DNA of 64,000 nucleotides from Carcharhinus longimanus (taxonomy: Eukaryota), in contig JASCQW010000162.1 of assembly GCA_030264375.1 (NCBI GenBank), positions 82,346,877 through 82,410,876 on the forward strand. Reading direction: 5' to 3'. A program made the position numbers and the translations under genes. Positions 1-13,103 of this stretch are shown piece by piece (position 1 is the first letter of the stretch; each line of letters opens with the position of its first letter). The notes under the pieces are model-generated. The model saw only the letters and a program-made list of their open reading frames with translations, did not search any database and had not been told where the DNA came from.

Positions 1-485
1 ACTAAAATCCATGTATACAACATCAACTGCTCTACCTTCATCTATACACTTAGTTACCTCAAAGAATTAAATCAAATTGGTGAGGCAAGACTTGCCCTTC
101 ATGATTCCGTGCTAACTATCCCAGATTGAGCTGCATCTTTCCAAATGGTCATAAATCCTGTCCCTCAGTACCTTTTCTATTAATTTAGCGATCGCCGAAG
201 TAAGACTAATCGGCCTATAATTACCAGGGTCATTCCTATTTTCTTGAACAGAGAAACAACATTCACCACTCTCCAGTCCTCTGGCACTACCCCTGTGGAC
301 AGTGAGAACCCAAAGATCAAAGCTAAAAGCTCTGTGCACTCATCCCTTGCCTCCCCGAAGAATCCTAGAATATATCCTATCTGGCCCAGGGGACTTAGCG
401 ACCCTCAGGTTTCTCAAAACTGCTAATATATCTTCCCTCAGAACATCTACTTCAGCCTATATCTCTCACTCATCCTCAAAAACAT
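1..485 (-). mobile_element. CR1-clade LINE ORF2 (RT) fragment, cut by window edge
   Basis: Minus translation NRNDPGNYRPISLTSAIAKLIEKVLRDRIYDHLE and AVDVVYMDFS at the window start; typical CR1 RT motifs. Confidence 0.9.
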
Positions 486-967
486 GTGTTTGAGATTTGG
501 AGATTTTTGTCTTAATTATAAATGGGTCCTTAAATGAATGTATCTCCTATTTAAGAGCCCTATTTGATGTAATATCCTATTCATAACATCCATAATATCC
601 CATTCCTGGTCACAAGAGTGCTGGGGACTTTGAAGTCGCAAAACATGCTGTGCAAACACCCGCCTGAACAAAGGGTGGTAAGACCAGCACCAAATGTCCC
701 AGGTCCCCTCAGCCAAGTTGCTGTAGAACCAAGACCGCTGGGTGGAGCTATGCTCACCAAAGCTCTGGTTCATTGGAGCACTGGGGGAGATGAAGTGTTA
801 AAATGGATTATGGAGCAGCAGAACAAGTGTACGTTGCTGAATTGTTTGGTCAGCCTTTACTCATTTACAAATCAGCATCTTGGTATTTGTGGTGCAAAGG
901 GAGTTATCACTTGGGTTGGCCCAACTCCATTTCTGACTCAACCAGGTTGCCAAGTGGTCAAACATGT

Positions 968-1100
968 TGGTTCTGATGAAAGGTCATGGACCTGAAATGT
1001 TGATCCCCATTTCCCTCACTGCAGATGCTGCTTGACCTGGTGAGTGTTTCCAGCACTTTGCTTTTTATTTCCGATTTGACTTTCATTTGCAGCATTTGAC
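968..1100 (+). mobile_element. Penelope-type terminal repeat fragment with degenerate hammerhead
   Basis: CTGATGA-A-AGGTC-ATG-GACCT-GAAA followed by ...gcagatgctgcttgacctggtgagtgtttccagcac, a Penelope-like repeat seen in sharks. Confidence 0.65.
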
Positions 1101-2449
1101 CTTTGCCCCATTAATGACCTCTTTTTAATGCGGTGAGGCCTTGACCTTTTTGGGACCGACCATCCAGCAGTCAGGTCGAAGGCCCTGCAGTTAAAAGTTG
1201 TGTATTCGGAATGAAGGAACAGCAATTTAATTAACACATTTCCAAGCAAAGTGCCTGAAGACTATGGAGTGTGTCTGTTTTAAATTGGGATTCAGTTGGA
1301 AACCTGTCAGAATTTACTGTTCTAATTTATGAACTCTCTGGATCTGTGTTGCAATCTATTCCCCCCCACCCTGTAACCATTTATCATGAGCTTGTGGGGT
1401 GCTGTGTGTGAAACACATTTGAGAATTTGAAGTTCCTCTCATCATAGATCAATGTCTCTACTTAATGGATTTGGATACTTTTCTGAATAATTTTCATCAT
1501 TTCAACACCCATATCATAATATCCTTTTATCACTCATTTCTCCAACTGTCTCAGAGACTGAGGGAATTAGAGAAGCCAGCTGATTAAACTCTGAAATAAT
1601 GTCTATTTATCTCTCAATTGCACTCACTGTCTGTCTCATTTCCTGTTATCCTCACTCCCTCTCCATTAACAACATATGTATTCCTTTTCCAAAAGAAAAT
1701 TGTAAGTTAGTTTTTCCTGTTACTTCTCTGATTTGTATTTCTCCCTCCCCTGCCCTCTAGCCTCACTAGCACATGGCAACCATTCTGGGATCCATCAGTG
1801 TTACTGAATACCAGTCACTCAAATGTCTTACTTGATGTTTGGTAATATCGTATTTTTCACACTTTTTTGAAGTGCCTGTTGCTCAGACAGGTTAAGGCAA
1901 TAAGGAGGGATCATAATAAACTGTGAAAGTCCGATGTACTAAAATTGGCTTTTGTGCCTCTAAACTGAGGAGGAGGAAAGCAGTTGTGGAGTTGCCAGCC
2001 GCCTTCACTATTCATGAGATGAGGACGTGACCAGTTTCGTTTGTGATATCTTTCACAATGCAACAAGCTGTTGGCATTCCTTGCCAAAGCAGCTTGGGCA
2101 AAATACCAGGAGCTCCCAGTGCACGTGGAACTGTCTGCCAGCAAAAAGAGTCAGTGGCTTTGGGCAAAAGCTAACTGAAGGGAAGAGCAGTTGCCTTCTG
2201 CTTGACTCCAGAGCCCAAACCAGGAATTGGCTGTATGGGATTTTAGTAATGAACCACACATTAACTTACAAATCATGCATATAATAGTGAGCCTTACAGT
2301 GAGGTGCAGCACTGCTATAGCAGAGAACAAGGCCATTCGGCCCAATGATTATTCCAGCTGTTTGCCAGAGCACTCGGAAGCTCATCTTGCAGTCCTGTTC
2401 TCCACTGGTAGTCAAGTGTCCTTTTTGATTACTTAGTTTGAACTACGTG

Positions 2450-3080
2450 TCAGCTTAATTCAGGTAGTAGCATTCTTGTTTCCTGCAAGCAGAGGCAGTA
2501 GGTTTAAACCCTATTTGAGTATGGGAATATAGGCCAATACTTGGATGTAGCAATTGCAGAATGTTATATTAACATCTTTTAGTTGAAATCTTAAGCTAAG
2601 TTCATGCCTGTTTTCCAATTGAGTGTGAAATATACCACACCACTATTGGAAGGTGGTCAGAGAGTTTGCTCAGACCAACATTTATTGCTTGACTAATGTT
2701 CTCATGTCTAGTGCTTCATTTATAAGCTGTTTGTGAAGTGTTATGTGCAAACTAGCTATTATCACTCCAAAACCTTTTAAAGGATGAGGTCAAGTCTCAG
2801 GCTGGCTCAGCTGGTTACACTCTGCTTCTGATTCCACATTAGAGACCTGAACCTCCACACCTAAGCTGATATTGCAGTGCAGTTAGAGTGCACAATAATT
2901 AGCCTTAGATTCATATCACTAAAACTGCTTGTTATCACATTGCAGGAGGTAATTGCGTAGGAAAGACAGTAGCCATTTTGTCCACAATGAGGGTGACTGC
3001 ACTTTATGAAGTAGTTCCATGGATGGGAAAGTATTTTGGGGTGATCAGAAATGGTGAAAGGCACTAGCTAAACGCAAAAT
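2450..3080 (+). mobile_element. Two decayed DeuSINE (SacSINE1-like) copies in tandem
   Basis: Degenerate tRNA-like heads near 2450 and 2800; body resembles the copy at 5390; 3' end ...gtgaaaggcactagctaaacgcaa. Confidence 0.55.
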
Positions 3081-3169
3081 CCTATGTCCCAAAAAAAAAC
3101 AAGCTCAGTAGCTCTTTACCTTCAAAGGATGTATAAGGATGTTTTTTAAAAAAAAAGTCATTTGTCCTA

Positions 3170-3720
3170 CCTGATGACCTTTGCTCACAATTCCCATTGT
3201 GTGGTGAGCTTCTAACTGATCGGAGATTTACCCCTGTGCCAGAACAGAAGATAATATCCTCTTCAAATGGAGCAGGTACTAGGTTGATGGTGATTGACTT
3301 TTAAGGCATTCTTTATTTCACCATTTCATCCTCAAATAGTAAAGATAAAGGTACATGACAGCAAAGATCGATCCACTGATACTATTATCTCCCATGACCC
3401 TTGACCCCCAGTTTTCACTGGCCTCCTTGTCCTACGTAAGCTGGAAACGTTTCCTGGGTTGTGTACTTTGTTCTCTGGTACGCCTCCCTCACTTCTTAGT
3501 GTGTGGGGTTAGCTAATGCATATTAACAGGCCATCCCATCCAATCATAAGGGGAACACAATTGAAATCCTGTTCACTTCTAGGCTGGAACTCTATCTCCT
3601 CACCTGCCAAGGAAGCAGCACGGGTGAGGGTCAAACAAAAATGTCTGACCTCTGGGAATCTCTGGTCATGCCCAGGCAAGGCCATAAGATCAAGAACCTT
3701 GACTTCTCTCACCTAATTGT
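3170..3720 (-). mobile_element. Possible solo LTR
   Basis: Minus strand reads ATTGG box, GA-rich stretch, then AATAAA and a U5-like tail; termini not resolved. Confidence 0.25.
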
Positions 3721-4099
3721 GCCATGTAAAATCAATGGTAACATGCATGCAGCATGTTTACCCACTAGAAAAGATGCGTCACTGACATCTTCCCGGTCTT
3801 CTGAAAAGTCATCAATACTGGGTAGAATTTTCCAGTCCCACTCAGTCGATGGGCATTTTGTTGGTCTGTCAGTCTCACCCATGACAATTCCTATGGTGGG
3901 TGGGACTCGAGTCCCTCTTGTTCACTATGTTCCCCTCTCCTCAGATGCAGCCTCATCAGTTTTCCAGCTGTGTCCTTTAATTCAGGCATTTGGCATCGAC
4001 AATGTTTTACTTCTCTGCCTTTCCCGTTAAACAGACGGGAGAGTCAAGTGTGAGTACACATCCTATTTGTAGTACACGTGAGGAAATCTGTATTCTGGC

Positions 4100-5015
4100 A
4101 ATCACTTGGTGTGTTTTTGGGGCAAGGACTGCAAACTGCCAGCATACTCGGGGTTCTGGCAGAGCATGCATAGTGGGGGATGGGCCACTCGTTCTCAGTC
4201 TCTAGTTTCCTTTAATGGGACCTGGAGAAATGGTGAGACTATGGGACTGGATGTGCAGTGTGAAAACAAGTCCACATGACAAGGTTAGTCTAGGCTGCCA
4301 AAGTGGTAGCAGTAGGACTGCAAGGCCGGTGGGCAGTTGTTTCTGGGTGCTGGGGCTCAGAAGCTCGAGAGCTGTAGCTTTCATTAGTTTAGTGCAGCCA
4401 AGGAGCAACGTCAGCTCTGAAGCTGAAGAGATACTTGCTCAGTATCCACAAGGAGTAATGATCATCTCTGTGAAGCTGGAATCTGGGGCAAAAAGCCTGT
4501 GAGCAGTGGTGTCCAGCCCAGTGTAATTAGAGGTGGGATTTTGCTGGTAATTAAATGCTGGGGTTCAGCCTTATAAATTCAGTGGGATGCAGTCTTGGAT
4601 GTAGGGATGAAGCAACTGGGATGTGAGGTGTTGTTAGGGCAGTCTGTTGGCATAGCTGTTAAAGGGAAATTGGAATCCGCATCTTTTGAGAGCAGTTGAA
4701 ATCCCTTAAGCAAATGGAGTTTAAAGGATTTTTGTGACTCTGTGATCACTAATGTCTGGGTGGGTTGCTCAAGTGGATCTGTCTTGGTTGTGTCTGCCAT
4801 TTAAATGTGCTGTTTGATGGGTTTGATTAAAGTTTCTGTTAATTCATCTTTGCCTCAGAACATAAAGCGTTGATGACTGCTTTGTTAACTCTGGTATAAT
4901 AAGACTACTTCCTGTTTGGAATCTTATGGCTTTAATCTTTTTGTGAACACCTGGGATTTCAAGCTTTTCTTATCTCCTTTTGAAGAAAAAATACTGATCC
5001 TTAACTGGGTTGAAA
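4100..5015 (+). mobile_element. Probable decayed LTR remnant
   Basis: G/T-rich LTR-like composition with an AT-rich 3' part; no coding motifs; termini not resolved. Confidence 0.3.
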
Positions 5016-5389
5016 TGCATGTGACTGAGGGGACTGTGAAAGGGAGGGCTCTATTACTTATCTAACTGCAGACATGCCAGAGGCAGCAGTGCACAGCACT
5101 AATGNNNNNNNNNNNNNNNNNNNNNNNNNNNNNNNNNNNNNNNNNNNNNNNNNNNNNNNNNNNNNNNNNNNNNNNNNNNNNNNNNNNNNNNNNNNNNNNN
5201 NNNNACATGTGACCAACATCTCCAGTGCCCCTACAGTGAGATTTTTGTTTCTCTAATATTACTCATGTTTCTTGATGGAGGCATTTGTAGTGCCAAATAA
5301 GCCTGAAATGGGCTCAAATTTTTATCCCAATATGTGCATGTACTAATCCAAGCTTTCTGGACCAGTTCCTCTGAAAGATGTCAAATGGG

Positions 5390-5780
5390 AGCATTCTCAC
5401 CTCCGACCCAGAAGGTTGTACTTAGTCCGGGGATTTGAGCACAGAATCTAGGCTAATACAATGTACGACAGAGGGAGTGCTGCCTTGACGAAAGTGCCAC
5501 GTTTCTGATGAGATTTTAATCTAGATGTTTCTGTCCTCTTGGATTGATGTGGAAGTTTCCATGGTACTATGTTGAAGAGCACAAGAGTTGGCCCTGGTGT
5601 CCTGGCCAATATTTATCCATTAACCAACATCACTAAAACTGATCAGGATCATTGTGACAATGTTTGCTTCATGAGTGCAATTTGGCTGCTGTGTTTCCTA
5701 TATTACAACAGTAACTACACCTCAAAAAATACTTTATTGTCTGTAAGGCACTTTGAGACATCTCCGGATCATGCAAGATT
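5390..5780 (+). mobile_element. DeuSINE (SacSINE1-like)
   Basis: Deu-domain-like gagggagtgctgc...ccatggtactatgttgaagagc...ggtgtcctggccaatatttatcc...ttggctgctgtgtttcctatattacaacag and tail ctgtaaggcactttgagac. Confidence 0.75.
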
Positions 5781-5959
5781 TCTGGGAATGAAGAATCTTG
5801 CTAGTTTTCTCACAAAGCTGCACCTTCATCCTTTGGGAAAAGCTGGATTTGGAGTTGGTATCTTAAATTGGTGAAGTGGCTCCTGTTTTGATCTAATGAC
5901 ACTTTTGCACATTGCTTATTTCAGATTGTCCCTCTCTCCAGAGAGTGAGCCCCATGACC

Positions 5960-6245
5960 CATTCTCTCATTGAAGTAATTGCAAAAGGGCGAGGGGTGAT
6001 ATAGGGGAAAACATTTTATTGAAACAAAATGTTACAATTCAAAGTGCACTACAGCAAACAAGTTAGTGGATGCACATTCATTAGTAACCTTCAAAAGTGA
6101 ATTAGATAATACTTGAGAAAAAAATTGCAATGATATGGTGAAGTTGGGGTGGGAGTGGGACTAATTGGATTCCTCTCGGAAGAAGTGAGTGCAGACTCTG
6201 GATTGAATGATGGCTGTTTGTGCCATACTATGCTCTGACTCTACT
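5960..6245 (+). mobile_element. Old CR1 3' end
   Basis: ttcaaaagtgaattagataatacttg...gggactaattggat...gaatgatggctgtttgtgccatactatgctctgactct, a CR1 3'UTR pattern. Confidence 0.6.
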
Positions 6246-6643
6246 GATGCCAGTCTCCGGGATACTCAGCCCTTCTATATCGTGTGGAGAGGGGGTTACC
6301 TATTCCTGGCACGCCTGGATTCTCAGCTGTCCATATTGATCAATCCAATGGCAAGTTCAATTGTCTATTTTTCCAGTTCCATGGTGATGAGTAGTGAGAG
6401 AACTGGCAATCTGTTTAAGTTGAACTGTGCAACTATAGTGGAGAAGGTGGGGCATGTGATCCATTTATTATGTAGTGTAAAAACATTTTGAAGCTGGTGA
6501 ACTCTGTTCACACTAATTATCAAATCTGTTTGCTTGTCAGCATTTTGGCTTGTACAAACAGCAACTGCAGAATGTAAATGAGTGAAATTTTAAGATCCTT
6601 AAGCAATCCAGACCAGAACATCCCAGGTTTGATACTTAGTCCC

Positions 6644-6927
6644 AGTGAAAACGCCGTTGTTTAAGAAGGGTGCCAAGCAAAAGGCGGGGAATTATAGGCC
6701 GGTTAGTTTAACGTCTGTGGTAGGTAAAATGTTAGAATCCGTCATTAAGGAGNNNNNNNNNNNNNNNNNNNNNNNNNNNNNNNNNNNNNNNNNNNNNNNN
6801 NNNNNNNNNNNNNNNNNNNNNNNNNNNNNNNNNNNNNNNNNNNNNNNNNNNNTTGAATGGTGGGGCAGGCTCGAAGGGCCAGATGGCCTACTCCTGCTCC
6901 TATTTCTTATGTTCTTATGTTCTTATG
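6644..6927 (+). mobile_element. Young CR1 insertion spanning an N-gap
   Basis: TPLFKKGAKQKAGNYRPVSLTSVVGKMLES before the gap; 3' end gaatggtggggcaggctcgaagggccagatggcctactcctgctcct plus short ttcttatg repeats after it. Confidence 0.9.
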
Positions 6928-8599
6928 AAGCTAATCTCAGTCAAGGAACACTACAATTCACTTGTCTGCAGTACAAAGTTGGGGGAGGAGCAGAGTGTGT
7001 TCTGGCTGCTTGTTGGTGACATCTCCTGAGAAGTATGTACATTGTACAAGTTTTCTTCTCTTGAGGCAGTGGGTGGGGAATTTGGTTTTGGCATTCAGGA
7101 GAATGGGCTAAGGAGCTGTGCTTCTAACGATTTTAATAATTTGTGGATTTTAGTGATCTATTTAGTGGCGTCAAAGGCATCTTGGGATGTTTATCATTGT
7201 GTGATCAGTTTGCAAGAGATTGTATATTGAAAATTTCTGGATCTTTATTGGAAATAACATTGGTTGCAGTGGGTATGCAGAATAAGTACACTGAGTTAAT
7301 GGTTTTCTAATTCAAGGTGCAATGCCCACTTTGGCTTGTAGATGTCTCATGGGTCTGTTCACATGTTTAGTCTGGAGAGGGGGGAAATCATACTATGTTG
7401 AGTTGTTATCTCCATCAGGCACTCAAGACAAGGCGATCTGAAGGCAATTCAGGTTTCTGTAATTTGATGTCCGTCATTGGTAATTCTTCAGGTTGCAACT
7501 TCAACCTCTGCAGACAGTGGACTTAGCCCCTCAATCATTTCCATTGCTTCATTCTGAGATTGTACTGGAAGGATGATTCAATATTAAAGCAGTCTACTTT
7601 TACATTTGTTTAGACTTTTTTCAGACCCTTTTGAGCTTTAGCTCATTGAAGCCAATATCACTTTAGCATCGAATCAAGCTGCCCAGCCCAGGCACAGCAC
7701 AAGTCAGCTGCGATCTAAACCTCCTTCCATTGCGTACCTCACCAGGGTGATCTTTTCTGACTGCCACGACTGTTTGTTTAAGTGAGATTGCAAGCCAGAG
7801 CTGATTTTTTTGGACAGTTTTGGTTTGTTTTAATTCCTATTTAACTGGATCAGCAGTTTCTTCCATGGACCACTGAATCATTCCTTTGCCTCTGTTGTGC
7901 AATCAAGCAAGTCTATACGAGAGAAACAAAGGATTTGGGATAATGAAGCAACCTTATCAGGTCTAATGCATTGTTGCTTTGTAAACGGATGTCGCATTGA
8001 GTGAATGAGGTGAGTTGCCATTAAATCTGTTTTTGTATTTAGTGGCAGTGTTTGAGGGAGATATGTGGCTTAGACACCAGGAGAATTCCCTGCTCTGAGT
8101 AGTGCCATGGCACATTTTCTATCCAACTGAACCGGGGGGTGGGGGCACTCCCTTAGCACTGTTGTTGAGATGTCAGCCTGTATTATATTCATAAATCTCT
8201 CATATTGGGTATTAATCATCACCATCTGATTACAGGTGAGAGGGTCCTCAGTTGAACTAGTGCTAGATTAGGCTCCCTCTGGGAGTATCCCTGTTGACAA
8301 TCAGCCATGGATGAAATTTTAAAATGAAAAAGTGACACAATGCACAAATTATTTGGATCTGTATGTTCCACGGATTGCTTATTGATTATTCTCACCACGC
8401 TCTCCATTTTATGCTCTAAATTCTGTTACAATCTAAAATCCATAGCTCTTTCCCAAAACATAACTCTTTAATCTATCCTGTGCAAATTGTATTCAATTAA
8501 ATTTCAGGAGGATAAGAAATTGAGCACATTTTTTTTTATCCGTCGTGCCAGTCTTCATGTGTGAACCCAGTGACCAGACAGGGACAAATGTTTAAACTA

Positions 8600-9092
8600 T
8601 CACATTGTCTTTGTGGAGTTTGCACGTTCTCCCTGTGTCTGTGTGGGTTTCCTCCCACAGTCCAAAAGACGTGCTGGTTAGATGGATTGGCCATTCTAAA
8701 TTCTCCCTCAGTNNNNNNNNNNNNNNNNNNNNNNNNNNNNNNNNNNNNNNNNNNNNNNNNNNNNNNNNNNNNNNNNNNNNNNNNNNNNNNNNNNNNNNNN
8801 NNNNNNNNNNNNTTCATGTGTGAACCCAGTGACCAGACAGGGACAAATGTTTAAACTATCACAGTGTCTTTGTGGAGTTTGCACGTTCTCCCTGTGTCTG
8901 TGTGGGTTTCCTCCCACAGTCCAAAAATGTGCGGGTTAGGTTGATTGGCCATGCTAAATTGCCCCTTAGTATCCCAGGATGTGTAGGTTAATGGTGTTAG
9001 AGTATATTTGTGGGGTTAGGGCCTGGGATGGGATTGTTGTTGGTGCAGACTTGATGGGCCAAATAGCCTCCTGCACTGTAGGATTTCTATGA
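8600..9092 (+). mobile_element. HE1/V-SINE-like SINE, partly duplicated across an N-gap
   Basis: gtggagtttgcacgttctccctgtgtctgtgtgggtttcctcc...gattggccatgctaaattgcccc...ctgcactgtaggatttctatg. Confidence 0.85.
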
Positions 9093-9429
9093 TCTGGAAT
9101 GAGAGTATATGTATACGAATCATGAGCAGGGTAGGTTGCATTAATGGTTAACATGGCATACAAAAACCGAGACCACCTTATAAACAAGAGGCTTAAAGTA
9201 CAACAGCAAGGAGGTTACGATAAACTTTAAAACATTTAGTTTGGCCTCAATTCATAAAATCGCTACTATGCAGATGGAGGCCATTTGGCTTATTGTCTTC
9301 ACCGATCCTCTGAAAGAGCACTCTACCTGCGCTCACTCCCCCCCGGCTCTATCCTGCATTGATCATGGCCAATCCACCCAAGCTGCATATTTCTGGAAGA
9401 CTTTGGAGTATTGTCTAATTTTGGGCTCC

Positions 9430-9845
9430 CACTCCAGCTCTTACACCCCTTCAATCCCTTTAGCCACAAAGATCACATCCAGCTCCCTTTTGAACATATC
9501 TAACAAACTGGCCCCAACCGCTTTCTGTGATAGAGAATTCCACAGGTTCAGAACTCCGAGTGAAGAAGTTCTTTCTCATCTCAGCCCTCAATGGCTTACC
9601 GTTATTCTTCGACCGTGACTGCTAATTCTGGACTTCCCCAATGTCGGGAACATCCTTCCCACATGGTCTGTCCAATCCCATCATGATTTTGTACGTTGCC
9701 ATGAGATCCCCTTGCAACAAACCCAGTTGATCCAGTCTCTCTCATGTCAGTTCTGCTTTCCTGAAAATCATTCTGGTGAACCTTTTGCTGGACTCTCTCA
9801 ATAGCAAGAATGCCCTTCCTCTGACTAGGAGACCAAAACTCTTCA
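9430..9845 (-). mobile_element. CR1 3' ORF2 fragment
   Basis: Minus translation FWSPSQRKGILAIERVQQK, equivalent to CR1 FWSP..RKD...LERVQRR. Confidence 0.8.
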
Positions 9846-10038
9846 GACACCTAAGGGGCAATTTAGCATGGCCAACCCACCTAACCTGCACATCTTTTGG
9901 ACTGTGGGAGGAAACTGGAGGAAACCCACACAGACACAGGGAGAACATGCAAACTCCACGCAGTCACCCAAGGCAGAATCGAACCTGGATTGCTGACATT
10001 GAGAGGCAGCAGAGCTAACCACTGTGCACCATGCAGCC
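9846..10038 (-). mobile_element. HE1/V-SINE-like SINE, 5' part
   Basis: Minus strand gives A-box-like gtgcacagtggttagc and B-box ggttcgattc, then the V-type body. Confidence 0.85.
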
Positions 10039-10971
10039 ATTGTTAATCATCATTGTATAATCATTGTTAAACTCTATAATTTAGTAAAAGACCAGTTTTA
10101 CAGATTGTGACACTACCCTCCCTATTTCTCCGCTCTTGAAGCCTGTTTGCTATGCACCCTGAGGATGATGGGAAGCAAAGCCCATTCTTGACTACATACC
10201 ATCTGTGATGGGGCTGCTATGGACTAACTAGGCAGGGTGGCGGTATGGAAGTAAGATGATGAGACTGTAGCCCATTGGTAGCAGAGGCCACATGAGGGAC
10301 CCTCTGTCTTTAAGAACTGGGTGAGAATTATAATTAATACACAGGGTCCTCCTTAGCTATTTGGCCCTGCTGTGACTGGAAATGCATCCCAGCTTAAATT
10401 TAACCGATAAATCCCTGCTGCTGTTTGTATTTTTTTAAATTCTGTTGTTCAAAATCAAATCATGAATTGTGATCAACTTTGTTTCTTATTTTTGCTACTT
10501 TTTAAAAAAAAATGCTTGGCTGTGGAGTCTGGGCAAAGCAACTGACCTGCTTTAAATGACAATTGTGTACCAACAGATGGTTACTAATCATGTTTCTTAA
10601 CAATTTGGCACCATGTCCTGTCCCATTGTTGGCATATTTGGCATGACTGAAAGCAGAAAAAACATATTTTTGTACTATTCCGAGGAAGAGTTTAAACACC
10701 AGGAGATCCATTAACACCTGAGCTGGCTGGGGTGTGCAATCAAGGTCTTGACTGCCTGAATGAATGCTTTAGATGTATGTTAAAGGCCTCATGTTGGTAC
10801 TTGAGTGAAGAGATCATTTACCATGTCTTAGTCAATGTTCCTTCCTCAGCACTAACATTGCGACACATGTCCTTGACGGATGGAGTACCCACTCCTCCAC
10901 TCAGTATCAGCTACCAGCCTGACTGAATAGGAACCAACCAGCAATATGGTGTTTTTGTGTATCCTGGAAGA

Positions 10972-11237
10972 ACCATAGGATCCTTACAGTGCATTGAGTC
11001 TGCACCAACTCTCAACAAGCATCCTACCCAGACCTTCCCCTCCGCCTTATCCCCTTAACCCCGCATATTTACCATGGCTAATGCACCTAACCTTTGGACT
11101 GAGAGAGAAAACCTGAGCACCCGGAGGAAACACACGCAGACGCGGAGAATGTGCAAACTCTTGCACAGATAGTGACCCGCAGCCAGAATGGAACCTAGTT
11201 CCCTGACACAGGCAGCAGTTCTCATCACTGTGCCACC
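10972..11237 (-). mobile_element. HE1-like SINE
   Basis: Tail cataggatccttacagtgca; body gagcacccggaggaaacacacgcagac; head cactgtgccacc. Confidence 0.8.
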
Positions 11238-12804
11238 GAGAGAAGACTAGCTGCTTCTCTAGTCTCCTTAGTAAATGAGCTTGGGTGGTTGCCATTCTGG
11301 ATATCCTCTTTTCCCACGGATAGGTCCTGAGTTGTAGGGTTGCTTAAATTTTCCACAGGGCCTACGATTCAAATATAATAAGGCCGAGCCCTCAAAATGG
11401 ATGCAACCTCCCACTGGAACAATAAAAACTAATCTTGCTCCATCCTCTACTTCAGACATTATCTATTTTCTTTTTAAACATATCATCGATGCCTGTCCTT
11501 TGCGTTCCATGCTCTAATCCTTCCGTTGAAGGAAATCTACCTGAAGCTTTCCACAAACCCCAATTTTAAATTGATGAGCCCTTCGTCATTGATTCTCCAA
11601 CCAAAAGGAATTATTTACCCAATCAAAACCCATTATAATTTTAATACTCCCCCCGCCCCCCAAAATCTCCTTTTGCATCTTGCCTGTATTAGCTGGGGAG
11701 GGGGGAGAAAAAGAGCTCCACTTCTGGTCTGTCAATTGTGGTGGGTGCTGAAGGTGGCAACCCTTCAAGGAAGAGAGGGTGAGAGAGAGAAATGTGTATC
11801 ACTTGAGTGGGAGAAAGTGGGTGACAGTGGATGCTGGATAAAGCCTTCTCTGAACACAAGATTAGCCATCAGAGAGCAAAAATGTAAACCATCTCTAATT
11901 ATGTGATGGACCCTTTAAAAGGCATTTTCCCTTTTAGTTGCCCATGAAGCGTTTGGCTGGAGTGTGGGTTGGGTGTTAAATTGCTTAATTTAAATTGTTG
12001 CTGGGTGATTTTAAATTCACAACTTAAACAGTCTTTTTTACTTGGAGAAAAGTGAATTTATTTTGCTTTATTACTCTAGAAGTTAATAAAGATAAAGCTG
12101 CTAACACAAACATATGGTTTAGTTACAAATGAAAATTCAGCTATACTTATAAAAATTGGGCCAGTTTAGTTTGCATTTGGTACAGGTGTGATATTTTTGA
12201 AGTTGTGATATGGCATTGTCTGTGAGGTAAGTTTTCAGATTGTAGTTTTCGGTTTCTCTCTGCAGTTATGATGGCTCCCACTGTTAAATTCCTGGAGGCC
12301 ACTTTAACAGGTGAGCTTAAATGGAATCCAGGTTTGCAAAAAAGATTATGCAACTTTGAACTAGGGTTGTTCTGCTCCATATTATAGCTGGTGGAATATT
12401 GAGTATAGCTTAAGTCATGCCAAGTTCGTAAGCCATTGTAACTTATTTTCAGAGCCAAATGGGTTTCACTGTATCCAGGAAAACAAACAATCCCTGAACA
12501 TTTTTTAAACAAAAAAACCCCTGATATCCAATGTAATAGAAAGGAATTTAACTTGCTCATCTTGAAGCAGTCATCTCACTCTTATTCGAAGCTATTTTTC
12601 GTTTATTAGTTTTTCTTTGAAGTTGTTCATCTACTACATGTTTTGCACATCCCCTAGTTTGATCTCATTGCAGTGCATTAAATGGCCACCAAATAGTCTT
12701 GTAAAACACCACTAACTCAGCATATATGAAGTGGTTGAAGATGTTCCTGATGAAAGTGTTGAGGTGCTGTATAAATAGGACTCTTTTCCACTGCTTGAGA
12801 GTGG

Positions 12805-13103
12805 AAGTACGGTGACAGTGGTTAGCACTGTTGCCTCGCAACGCCAGGGACCCAGGTTCGATTCCCCAATTGGGTCACTGTCTGTGCAGGGTCTGCATAT
12901 TCTCCCTGTGTCTGCATGAGTTTCCTTTGGGTGCTCCAGTTTCCTCCCACAGTCCGAAAGACGTGCTGGTTAGGAGCACCAACCATGCTAAATTTTCCTT
13001 TGGTGTCCCCGACAGGTGCTGGAGTGCAATGACTAGGGAATTTTCACAGTAACTTAATTGTAGTGTTTACGTAAGCCTACTCATGACACTAATAAATAAA
13101 CTT
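12805..13103 (+). mobile_element. V-SINE-like SINE with alternative ('B') tail
   Basis: Head ggtgacagtggttagcactg...ggttcgattcc; tail ttttcacagtaactt...gtaagcctactcatgacactaataaataaac. Confidence 0.85.

Noticed and set aside
618-995. 125-aa ORF
   Set aside because: GTG start, no recognisable domain, and ends inside a Penelope-type repeat.
2071-2087. TTGGC...GCCAA palindrome as an NFI site
   Set aside because: The spacer is 7 nt rather than the canonical 5.
3171-3278. Minus-strand 108-nt exon-like stretch (PAPFEEDIIFCSG...)
   Set aside because: Weak acceptor, and it lies in a region that looks more like an LTR.
8552-8925. Near-identical ~110-bp sequence on both sides of a 100-N gap
   Set aside because: Looks like contig overlap or mis-extension into a SINE; the two sides then follow different SINE subfamilies. 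A similar overlap occurs at about 25025/25147. Probably an assembly artefact.
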